Shown here: positions 53,301 through 64,000 of the stretch, piece after piece
Position numbering within the stretch: the first letter of the stretch is position 1
Layout of the letters: each line of letters starts with the position of its first letter
Origin: Podarcis melisellensis
Lineage: Eukaryota
Reading direction: 5' to 3' (one strand)
Length of the DNA: 64,000 nt
NCBI GenBank assembly: GCA_964234715.1
Contig: OZ174276.1
Notes under the pieces: model-generated
What the model was told of the DNA's origin: nothing
Database searches by the model: none
The model's input: the letters and a program-made list of their open reading frames with translations, nothing else
Program-made: the position numbers and the translations under genes

Positions 53301-55536
53301 GCAAACAGGAAAAAAATCTGCTTATGACTTGTCAACAGAGCAGATGTTACACTAAGGGAAATGGAACATATTGTCTCCCATGGGATCTGTCACTGTCACA
53401 CAGGTACTCTTCAGAGTGTGACTGCATTGAATTTCCAAGGGCGGGTGGGGAAAACGGGCCCCTGTTTTTCTATTGCACACTGTGAAAAAAGTCTCCCCTT
53501 CTGGAATTAAATATTGCAGAGTCAATACTGCAGAATATTGTTTCCTGGATGAAAGAAGCCTTTCCAAATTCCAGATGCAAACATCTAGTCCATGTAGAAA
53601 GTGCTTCACGTTTTACATCTCCCTAGCATGAACATGGCTTTTAATATTAGGCCTTTAGCTGTACATCACCTATTGCAATAGCAAAGGATATTTGCACATT
53701 ACATCGACTGGGGTCAATTTAGTAATATGGAAAATTGGTAAATAACAGCCAACCCTATTACAGGCAAGTAGTTGTGTTTTTCCATAAAAATCTCTCAAGC
53801 CCTATAATATTGGCTTTCACAGAGTGTTCTGCCAGCTCCTCAAAGAGTTGACACTTGACTTATTTTTATGCCACATGAAGTGGTGCAAACCTAAGAAAGG
53901 CATGTCCAGAGCGTAAATAGATATAAAAAATATAATTCATATTTTTAAAAGCAAGTTCTGCATTCACAATACAAGATTTTCCATTTGGATTTTAATGCTT
54001 TCATGTTCGCTTAGTTTGGAGAGATTCTTTTGGAGCTCATCACAATCCCTTTTTGTTTTAAGCACCATGAACAATTTGGTATCATCAGACATGGCTACTC
54101 ACTCCTAACTCTAGATCACATTAATCCACTTTATGAAAATTGAAAAGGGGGGAACTTACTGTTATCGTTTGCTTTTTTAAAAAAATGTTTCAGAAGTGTC
54201 ACTGAACAATTGAGGAACATGCTTTTAAAAAATGTTTCAGTGTCCTGTTTTTGCTATTTTCTGTTTCAACAATGTTCAAAGTACAGCATCCTTTATAGCT
54301 CATCTGAAGTGGTAACAAAATTCCTGTCTTTTTCTCTTCCCTTCCCTCTGAACTTCATCATCAGTCCATTCAGCTATCTTTACACAGATACTTGAGCCAA
54401 GTGATCAAGTGATGAGCTTGCCTCCATTTCCAGGGTGCTAGATTCACATGACAAAACTCTGTCACTTCTTAACTAATGTTGTTGTGTAAATATAGGTCCA
54501 AGTGTTACAAGATCAGTGCTTGAATGTGTTCACTGAAAGCTGCATGTATTCAAAAGAACATTTTTTCTTGGCTCAGAAGCTTGTGAGAAAAATCTGATAA
54601 ACATTGCATTCCACTAAAGTAAATCGGCAAAATCCACAATTGGGTTTGTAAAGCTGGTAAAATCATGTTCCAGCTTATCAAATTGTTGGCCTGGTCCATT
54701 TAATTAAAAGTTAAATTGGAGGCAGACATTTATTCCTTCTCAGCATTCTAACACGATCCGTGCACATCCATGCTTAGGCTTATTTTGCAATTGTGTATAA
54801 AACACTATGAGGTGACTGGTCTGTGTGGGGCTATAAAAATCTACACCAAACATTTAGATGCTTTATTAAAAATAGTTTCTTCCCCACTGTCAAGAGTTGA
54901 CGTAGCCAGATCTGGAACTTTAGTGAAACCCATAGTTTAAGCTTCTAGGATTCCGATAAATTCTGCTAAATCAGGGCAATAAATTTTGAACACAAATTTC
55001 TGTTGAAAGTATTACATTGTGTAATTAAAGCTTGGATAATATGTAGGCATGTTTCTTGCACTATGCTATAAACAATGTAATAGTTGTGTGTGTCTGTCTC
55101 TAGGTGGATGTTTAGCTTTAACATGCCTAATGGCAACTTGCATACACACCTGCCTAAATTCCCAGGAAGGGAAGCTCTGCTGCCTATATAGCTTCCTCAA
55201 ATTCCCTCAACACCCCTTGGCAGGAGCAAAAAAACAAAAGCTATGTCGAGACCAGCCTGCATTGGACTGCACCTGACCTGTTTTGCCTGCTGGTCAAATT
55301 TGCTGATTGTTCTCTGTACACCACTGAAGAAGTTACACTCTAGTAGGTGTTTGCTAAATGTACATTTATTCTGTGGTTATCACTGTTGCCCGATTTAAGA
55401 TTTCTTAATAAAAAAGAATTATCAGGAAAGCATTGGATAAAAAGGTAACAGTAATAAAAATCTACCTTCAGAATCCTTTCACTAACATATTTTTACATTT
55501 TCTTGTTTGTTTGTTTCTTTTTCTTTTTTTTTACAG

Positions 55537-55769
55537 CCCTTTGCTTGCTGTGTCTTTCGCTGCCTCCTGTGCTGTTCCAGGAATAGCTCTGCTCACCTTC
55601 GGAGTAAATCCTCTTACTGCAGCCCTGGGAGCCTTCAACATCATCCTGTACACATGCTGTTACACACCGCTGAAAAGAATTAGCATTGTCAATACATGGG
55701 TAGGAGCTGTGGTTGGTGCTATTCCCCCAATTATGGGTTGGACAGCAGCAACTGGCAGTCTGGATGCAG
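55537..55769 (+). CDS. COX10: COX10 internal coding exon (equivalent of human exon 6), 233 bp
   Basis: Long T-rich tract + ttacag acceptor. AG+C completes Ser, then [77 protein letters not shown](G), containing the YTPLKR and GAIPP.MGW motifs of COX10/CyoE. AG|GTGAGA donor. Lies within ORF 55433..55846. Confidence 0.98.
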
Positions 55770-58700
55770 GTGAGAATTACTCGGGGGGGGGGGAATGGAC
55801 CATGAGGAGGAAGAGAATTGAGTGTCTTCCTCTTAGGGCCAATTGAATGACTTCATTCCCAATAGAGAGATGTCTTTTTAACCAATGCCCACGAGTATCA
55901 TTCGTATTATCTAGGATCTGCATATTTCTCTGTATACTGCATGACTCTCTCTTCCACTGACTTGGCATTTTGCAGTAAAAAAAACCAAGACTGTCTTAGG
56001 TTCAGGACCCATTCAGTTCAGTCGTAGGCCAACAGGGGTGTGTAAACTGCATAATGACTTACCTACCTAGTGCAAAGGTTGTGGAAGTCACGTTTCATCT
56101 AGTTAGACTGGTAGATACCGTCAGAGTAAAGATGACAGTCATGGTGCAGGTCAGCATCAGTGAAATGGGGAAATGTAGTTGTGCAGTATTGGAAGCAAAC
56201 TTTAGGTGAGTAAGCAAGAAGCTGAAATTCAGAATTGCTTCCTCCAGAATTCTACCTGTCCCATTTGCAGTGCCAGGTAGACAGGCAAAGCTGAGGCGTT
56301 TCAATGCATGCCTAAGATTGCAGTGTCAAAGGACAGCTTTTGACTTCTTAGGCACTGGAGAAGGTTTTGTAATAAGCCAAGCGTATACAAAAGGGACAGG
56401 TTCCGCTTGAACCAAAAAGGAGCCAGGCCGCTAGCACTTAGGATCAAAACAATGGCAGAGGGTAGGAATAAATTGACTGTTCTCACAGTGGAGGGATGAG
56501 AAAAGTGTGCTCTATTAGACCCAGTACTTTTTAACTTGCTCATAATTAAACTTGCATTAGAGCTGAGCAATGAGGTGGCCAAGTGTTAAAAACAAAAGAG
56601 TTTCAAAGAGTTCCAAAATGATTTTTCTTAACTGGGTGAATTGGCAATAAAATGACAAGCACAGTTCAGTGTAAGTCAGCATGAAGAGACTTACATCGGG
56701 GCAAAACATCCTTATTTCTCCTAACCACTATCCCTCTTCAGCTGCTGAAGACTAGGGCTTAAAGGTCTGAAATATGGAGAGCCTAGTTCTGTGCAAGTAG
56801 GCACAGGATTCTAAACCACTCAAGGAGCCCTCAGATCTTTAGGAGACAGGGCAGGGCCACAGAGTGCAGCCCTGCTCTCCTCTCTCTTGGTTGTAATCAT
56901 GTGAAAGGATAATGATTAAAGGGAGCTGCTAAGTTGGTCTTAGTGGCCCCCGAATAGCAGTTGCTAGGGAACAATTGTCCTGCTTTCCAGCTTTCCATTG
57001 GTCCAAAAGTGAGCTAGTACTAGCCCTCATACTAATAACACTGCAAATGGACAAACTTTGTTGAGATCACAACTTGGGGTGGAAGGATTGAAGCTGCAGG
57101 TCTCTCCCCTGCACCTGTTACTAATTTTTTTTAATTAAAAAAACTTCCCATGCTTCCAAGTGATGCATTTAGTGTTGTGTGCAGTTTGGCCCTCAGGCAT
57201 ATATAAGTGCAAGCCTTTATCCTTCTCTCCCTCTTCTGTGCTCACATGCTCTGTGTTTCTACAGGAACTATTCATCACAGAGTCAGCCAAAAGTCAACCA
57301 GGATTATGTGACTCCTCCTGGTTTGAAGATCAAACATAACCTTCGGTTTTGCAGTGCTGTTGTGATTCTCTTTGCAGTGTGTGTCACGGCAGGATCTCAA
57401 ATTCATGCAACAAGATCAGAGAAATGTTGTGCTAGCTCAGTGGGCCTGCTCCCTTCATTGATGCTGCTGCTTTTGAAGCAAAGGCTACAGAGACCTGAAA
57501 ATGCAGGGTCGGTCTTAATGAAGCTTCCTGAGGTGACCAGCCTTTTGGGGGGCAAGTTGTATTCTTCTTAGCATTGCAAAGCATTTGTTGTTCTAGGCAC
57601 AAGTGATCAGAGTAGTAGAAAGGAGAGAGAATGTGAACAGATTCAGTTATGAACCAGGGGAACGTGATAGAGAAAATCAAGATGAAAATGCAAGAAGGTC
57701 CTAACTCTAGCCTTTCTGCAGTGAAGGAGACAAAGAAGTTTAATTCAAACGATTTAGCTCATATTAGAAGCTGTGTGACATGACTAGTGAATGTTCAACA
57801 ACCAAAGCAGGGCTTCTGCTGTACAGTTGTCATGTTCACTTATCTGCACTGTGTTTCTGGCTGCAATTACAAGTCCTGTGGCTTCTGCTGCCTCTCTGTC
57901 TTCCCCTCTGTTCTGCAACTCACTAAAACCAAACCCAAATTCCTTGAAAATCTCACTGTTAAAAGGTACCGATACCTTGCTAAGCAAATACATGCCGTGT
58001 TGGTAATATACACAGATAATTCTGACCATGGAGTTTGGATTATTCCCTAAGACAGAATCTGAATTTTATTTTGTTTCTTGATATGGAAAATGCCCAACCC
58101 TATCTGTCTCTCTCCAAGTGTCAGAAACCAGCACCAAATGTTGGCTTCCGCAAGCGGGACTTGTTAGTTGAATCTAGGCCAATTATACATGTTATTTATA
58201 TACATAACTCTGAGTAGTAATTGGCAGGGCTCATGAAGTTAGTACAGTAAGTGCCACACTTTTAATATTTGGGAGGAGGTAGAGGTCCCTGTACTTGAGT
58301 ACCCCCGGGGGGGGGGGAAGCACTGGAATAGGTAATAGTGGCCAATCTCAGAAGAAGCTTTTTAGCCCATGTTCTCTCATAATAACTAAGCATTGGATCT
58401 CCTCTTCCCCTTCCCACTCAAAACGCTCAACCATAGGCTTATTTGCAGGAGGGCGGGGGGAGCTATCCATGCACAGAAACTATTTCTTTGATTAAAGGCT
58501 CCGGCCTGCAGTTGGTTGATAGTTTCTTATAGATGTTAGGAATGCTTTTTGGTATGGACAACCGGAGTATGCCATCTGCTTCCAAATCATGTAAGCCACA
58601 TCTCTGGAACCCATTAATGTTTCCTAATTAACTAGCTGAAGCAACCTGGCTTTAGGTAGAAGCGTGGGGATACATTTGCACCTTGTTAAAAAGAAGGGGA

Positions 58701-60962
58701 AAGAGCCTACCCTACTGAGCAGCGATAAGGAACATAAAGCTGGGGAGAAAGAAATTTTAAGGCTGCCTATAGTGCTTGCTATGTTTTACTTTTTATTGGG
58801 GAGCTTCTTCTCAAGAAAGCAGTCCAATTCTTTTCTGGTTATTATGCTAAAGCCAGTCATGCAAGGTGAATCACTTTTTCATCCTTCCTTCATTTTACTA
58901 TCAAAACTGTCTCCTGCTTCTCCAGGGAGGTGGGGAGGAGAGGGCATCTAGCCAATGCAACCGCCGTTGCTCAAGCAGACTGTATGTTTACTTGATCAGT
59001 TCCAGTCTCGAGCGCTTGCCACATCATATAACTTTTTCCTAGGGAACAGTTCAGGATCAAAATATGAACCTTTCTCTGTGAGCATTGGTTGGCTAAAATT
59101 GGCCAGGTTTAAACTGACAATGCTCAGAGTCAATTTTATCATCAACTGTGGTAGCAGAAATTGCACAAGTGTTAAATTTAATCAGGTTCATGGGCTGGGA
59201 CCAGCATCTCTCAGCAAGGCGAACGCATGCACTTGCCAAGGCGGGTACAGAGAATTTCCCTCCCCGAAAGGGAACCCCATCTCCAGTTTCTTTTTTTCCC
59301 CTGTTTCAAGGAGGAAGAACATTATCATGACAGGAAATGGGAGGCTGGTGGAAAATGCCAAAAGAACAAAGCAGTCTCATTTTTACAGAAGCAGTAAGAC
59401 TCAGATCAAACTTCTCTCTTGCTGGCAGGAGATCATGGCTTGTGTTTAGTAACACGGCCAAAAAGAGGAATATTAATAATATGCCCTTTTTTAAAGAAGA
59501 AGAAGAAGTTTAAATATTGTAATGGGGAATTTCATACTGTGTGTTGTACAGCCTGGGACTCAGGTCTTGGCATTACCACATTTCCTTATGAAAGCAATAG
59601 GGTCTGGTATCCTTTCAGGAGTGGTGGCTAGCTCCCAGCATCTGAAGTGTACTCAGGAGACTGCAGAACATAGCAACCCGGTGCCATGAAAGCACATCCA
59701 ATTCTGAGCCACCCAGTTTGCTTGAAGTGACAAGCGGGGGATCTCTGCCATAATGTGCTTTATCAGTTAAGGGGATTTACTCTGGGTAGGTGGTGGTGGC
59801 AAAGCAGATAACAGCCTCGCAAATGTAACAGACGTTAGAGACCCACAGTGGCCTGGAGCCATTGGTATTACTGCTCCCAAGAATGTTTATCTCAAGAGAC
59901 TATTTAGTTTATCTCAGATGCCCCACTTTTACCTTCTGTTTTCCTGAAAGACATCTTGTCCTGATTTTCATTCATTTTCTGAAAATTTAAATAATTCCTG
60001 GGGCTATGGAATTTATAGACTGCCTGTGTATGTACCAACGGTAATCACGCAGAGGCTGATTTTCAAATTGCCTTGACTTTGTAATTCAAATTGGGTTGTG
60101 GGCTAGACATTAATTATGTCAGCCAACATCTATTTACAACCGGGGGATTTTAAACTGGGCAGTTCTTATCAGCAAGTGACATTTGGCAGATGGATGGGTT
60201 TAGCAACAAAACAGTGAAGAGAGAGGAAAAGGACAATTGTGTAGAGCCTTTCCTCATTTGTATAGCCCTTGTCTGCCCGGAAGGAGAGCAGTAAAGAGAG
60301 GACCTCACTTTGTTCAGAATAAGTGACACTGAACTTTGTTCCTATTTCCTTCAAATTTTATTTTTTTTAATTAACTGGATCATGTTTTGAACAGCCTGCT
60401 GGCAAAATGTGTAACTGAGCAGCTTTAGAGAAAAAGACAAATTTTTGCCTGGAGCACATTATCCTGGCTGTAGAAATAGAGGCCTAGAGATGTGGGCTGG
60501 CATTGATTGACCTTAGCAGAGGCTTGAGACTTCTCTTCCTCTTCAAAATGATGATCCAAGAAGCCTCTTACTCAGTTTGTACAAAAGACAGAGGTATGTC
60601 ATCATTGATCTGTGAGCATAGGACACACAATGGCAGAGGGCCCCGTTGCTCCATGTAGTAAATGTGGAGGCAGATGGGCAGGGCTAGTAGGCAGCTGTTT
60701 TAAATTTAATAAGACAAAAGTCAGTCGATTATTTGCCTCCCCCACCCACGCTTTCTTTTGCAGACACAAAAGCGATAGTGATTCTGCTATTGGGACACCT
60801 GAGGGACTGATGCAATCAAAGTCGAAGCCCACTCAGTAAATTCATTGTCACCTACACACTGTACACAGCTGTGTTAAGTTCCAAGTGCTTTCATCTTCCA
60901 AATAAAGAATATTCAATGGCCCATATGGGACAGCTGCTCCAGTTCACCTCACCCCCCAAATA

Positions 60963-60993
60963 TGCATTATGAAGTAACCAGTAGGGGGCACCA
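60963..60993 (+). promoter_or_regulatory. Candidate CTCF binding site with upstream motif
   Basis: Core CCAGTAGGGGGCAC (60978-60991) fits CCASYAGRKGGCRS. TGCATTAT starts 15 bp upstream of the core, the expected position of the ZF9-11 motif. Confidence 0.6.
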
Positions 60994-61169
60994 GAGTAGT
61001 AGCAGGAAAATTGCATTGGCTTAAGAAAAGGCAGTGTTTGAGGTTTAGAGAGCTAAAATTAACTTTTTAAAGTTGTGTTGAGTTAAAAAAAGTGTTAAAA
61101 ATATCCTCTTGCAAGCAAGTTGGTGAACTTCCCTTAGTGCCTTGCAAAAATATGGCCTTTCTTGTCTTG

Positions 61170-61600
61170 CAGCCTTGCTGGAACTTCCAGTCATCTCCCA
61201 CCTTAACTGCTACAGTCTTTACATCTCTACGATCACATTCCCACCTACTCCCTTGCCTCTGACCAAAATCATTCAGCTCTGTCATCACTGAGAGCACATG
61301 ACACCCTTTCTTACCTGCTCCATTCCTGGATCTAGCACAAACATTTGTCCTTGCCTTCATTACTCTGCCTCCCCTGATTATTCTGCCCGCATATCCATCC
61401 CCATAATCTTCACTCTTCCATCTCCACCATCCTTTGTCCGTCCCCCACATCTTCAATGCCTAGAACTGCCTCCAGAAACCATTTGATGCTGCATCTTATT
61501 TCCTCCAGACTCTTCCCCCAAATTCAGTTTCCTTGAAGAACTTCGACACAGACACTTACTGTTCTTCCTCTGCCGAAACCAAGCCTAAGCACTTGTAATG
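61170..61600 (+). mobile_element. Possible very old L2 fragment
   Basis: Pyrimidine-rich strand bias and weak L2 motifs (aaaatcattc...catgacaccc...ctccatt). No clear peptide recoverable. Confidence 0.35.
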
Positions 61601-62224
61601 AAGCTCAAGGCATATCCTGCCCATGTTCACCCTTACTGCCAGTTTATGTCTCTCCTTCTATTCTTCCCATTGGGAACTATGCATGTTGATGGTGCCGTAT
61701 AAATGATAACTGTTAAATGCCGTCATCATTTCCTCGCTACACCTGGACATGGTTTCAAAACAGTGGTCACTGGAAACGGCCAAGACTTGCCTTGACCAGA
61801 TTGTGGTCAAACTTCTAGGCTTCAAATTCACAACCTTTATTTTGACAGTGTTTTTGGTCGTCATAGCCACTGCTACAATCAGAGGCACCAATATGATATA
61901 TGGGTACCATAGAAGAAGTAAGACTTTGAATATTGCAAATGGCTTGTTTGCCACTAGCATATATAACGACTAAGATGTAGCAGATGCTAGAGAAGGAGAG
62001 ATCCAAAGGAGAATGTGTGGCAAAGTAACATGCAGTCAACATCTTCTACGGAAGATTTATGCCTTGTTCTGCACTTCACCACATGCCCACCCCTTCCTTG
62101 TGAACCCCCCTGAATGTTGGTACTCTTATCCACCTATTGGACCTGGTGTTGATTTTAATAAAGTTCTCACTTTCTCATTCATATGTTTCCCAATCAACCA
62201 TTCTAATTGGTTGTGGTAACAAAT

Positions 62225-62625
62225 TTTAAACTTGGACACTATGATTCATGCATTGGTAACTTTACAATTGGACTCTTATAATTTGTTCTTTGTGGGACTT
62301 CCCCTAAGACTGGTCTGGAGGCTTTTGGAGAATGCTGTGCCCAGGTGGTTGAGTGGAACACCTTGATGCACACATAATTTTACACCTGTGCGTAAGGAAC
62401 AGCTGCTGTGCAGCTAGCCAGTCATGTACAAGGTCTTGTTACTAACGTATAAAACCCTGAACAACTCAGGGCCAGGTTACCTGAAAGACTGACTTCCCTG
62501 TCTGCAAGAACATTTAGATCATCTGGGGAAAATTTACTTGTGGCACCACATCCTACAAAACATCACAAGGCACCCTACAGAATAACACAAAGCAGGTATT
62601 TTCCATCATTGCCCCTACACTTGAT
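62225..62625 (+). mobile_element. L2-clade LINE 3' ORF2 fragment
   Basis: attcatgcattggtaact = IHALVT...FVGLPLRLVWRL, and tataaaaccctgaacaactcagggccaggttacctgaaagac = YKTLNNSGPGYLKD, typical of L2. Confidence 0.8.
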
Positions 62626-64000
62626 CTCCATATGTGTCTATGAGAGAGAGAACCTTTGTACTCAAAACTTACTTAAACTTCACTTGACTGTTTCCATTTG
62701 GTTTGATCAAGGGATATAGATTCTGTTTAAAGAGATTGAGACTGCAATCTTATAGTCACTTTTGGCAGTAAGACCCATTTGAACTCACTTCCCCCTTCCT
62801 CTCCTCTCCCATGCAGCTCCCTGCGTGCCCCAAATATCTGCCCCAGAGTATCCCCCAACCCAAAGGTGAAGGAAGAAATGGAAAGGAGGTCCTGTTGTGG
62901 AAACAGATATATTTTAGATTTCCATCTATTCTTGTACCCTAGTATTTCTTCCTTTCTCCCACCACAAAACTTTCAGTCCTATTGAGTTATGCAAAATGCA
63001 TCTTGACAAATTGCTGCATTCTGTCTTACAGTATTAAAAGTAGAGCCGAAATTGGATTTTTCTAACCACATAATTTGGAGGTCTTAACCGATCTCTCCAT
63101 CCATCACTGCTATATCTTCCTTGCTTCAGTGTGGGCAGGTAGTGTGTTGTTTTTGCTGGATCAGCTTTTGCTGACGGGCATATTCAGATGATGGAAACCT
63201 AATTCTGTAGGCAAAGATAAGGTTCAGTTATACTTCATCTCATTTTCCAGGTTGAACATGGAACAACTACAGCTACATAACCGCCAGCCGTGTTTATCCA
63301 AAGGCAAATGGGTGCAGCTGGATTTGCTCTTGTTTTCCAGCTCTAATCTCCCTCATCTGGACCAAGGAGGAGTAATTTGTTTTAGCATCTTTTTAGCTAA
63401 GAGTAGCTGGTTTGTTACCATACCAAGATAGAAGAAAACAACCACACACAGTTCTAAGTAGAGGCCATTAATGGCTAAACTTAGACTTCAAAATCCCTAT
63501 AACGTCTTACATAAACTTAAACATTTAATTTATTTCCTAGAGAGACAAGAAGCTGGTGCTTCCCGCCCCCCCTCCACTCTTAACCTCCCCCTCATGTGTC
63601 AGTCAGCTACCAGAATCTGGAAATGATTTTAAAATTCCTTCATATTATTCAAGGCAGAAGAATTACCAAAATTGTGCTCTAAGCAAAACAGCATTCTTGG
63701 GTTGCCAAGGCAGTAAACAATGGCTTTAGGAAATGCAATAAGACTTCAACATCTGTTTTGGAGCTGATATTTTAACCATTCTGTGTTTATTTTACATGCC
63801 TGGTTGGTGATCTCTGTCATACATCTGTGAAGCCAAAAACCAAGACAATGAAAGAGGTAGCAAGTCAGTTTGGAGCTCCAGCTATAAGCCTGGTTTTCCA
63901 TGCTGAGTTTTTAACATAAAAGTGCTTCTGGCTTTTGTCTTAAGTTTGTGAATTATAACTTAGTTTAGCAAATCATGCTACCATTACAAGACTTTTTGCA

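Noticed and set aside
54171-54244. Imperfect direct repeat gctttt-aaaaaa-tgtttcag-tgtc (similar small duplications at about 7638, 31709 and 43586)
   Set aside because: Ordinary short slippage-type duplications with no further structure.
55433-55846. 137-aa ORF as a standalone gene
   Set aside because: Only 55537-55769 is the COX10 exon. The flanks are intron read-through.
63312-63331. gcagctggatttgctctt encodes AAGFAL, resembling the preceding COX10 exon
   Set aside because: Only 6 codons match, a stop follows shortly, the splice context is wrong, and it lies downstream of the later exons. Chance match.

Overview
Eukaryotic, AT-rich (roughly 38-40% GC by eye), CpG-depleted vertebrate DNA. 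The repeat content (Sauria SINE, BovB/RTE LINE, squamate MITEs and SINEs) points to a squamate reptile, most likely a lacertid lizard (inference). The whole window appears to lie inside the COX10 (heme O synthase / protoheme IX farnesyltransferase) gene on the + strand. Only two coding exons are visible: a 71-bp exon at 33208-33278 and a 233-bp exon at 55537-55769, equivalent to human exons 5 and 6 and separated by a 22.3-kb intron. The rest is intron. It carries a 5'-complete but 3'-truncated BovB LINE, an intact Sauria SINE with TSD, hAT and Tc1/mariner-type MITEs, a 5S-rRNA-derived SINE, old L2/MIR fragments and microsatellites. The most unusual unexplained features are an isolated 43-bp inverted repeat pair 4.7 kb apart, the BovB that lacks its 3' end yet has a candidate TSD, a perfect 33-bp AT-rich palindrome, a MITE sitting in one unit of a 23-bp tandem duplication, and a CTCF site with its upstream motif. 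I see no convincing evidence of a novel gene system. Nearly all listed ORFs are spurious or TE-derived.
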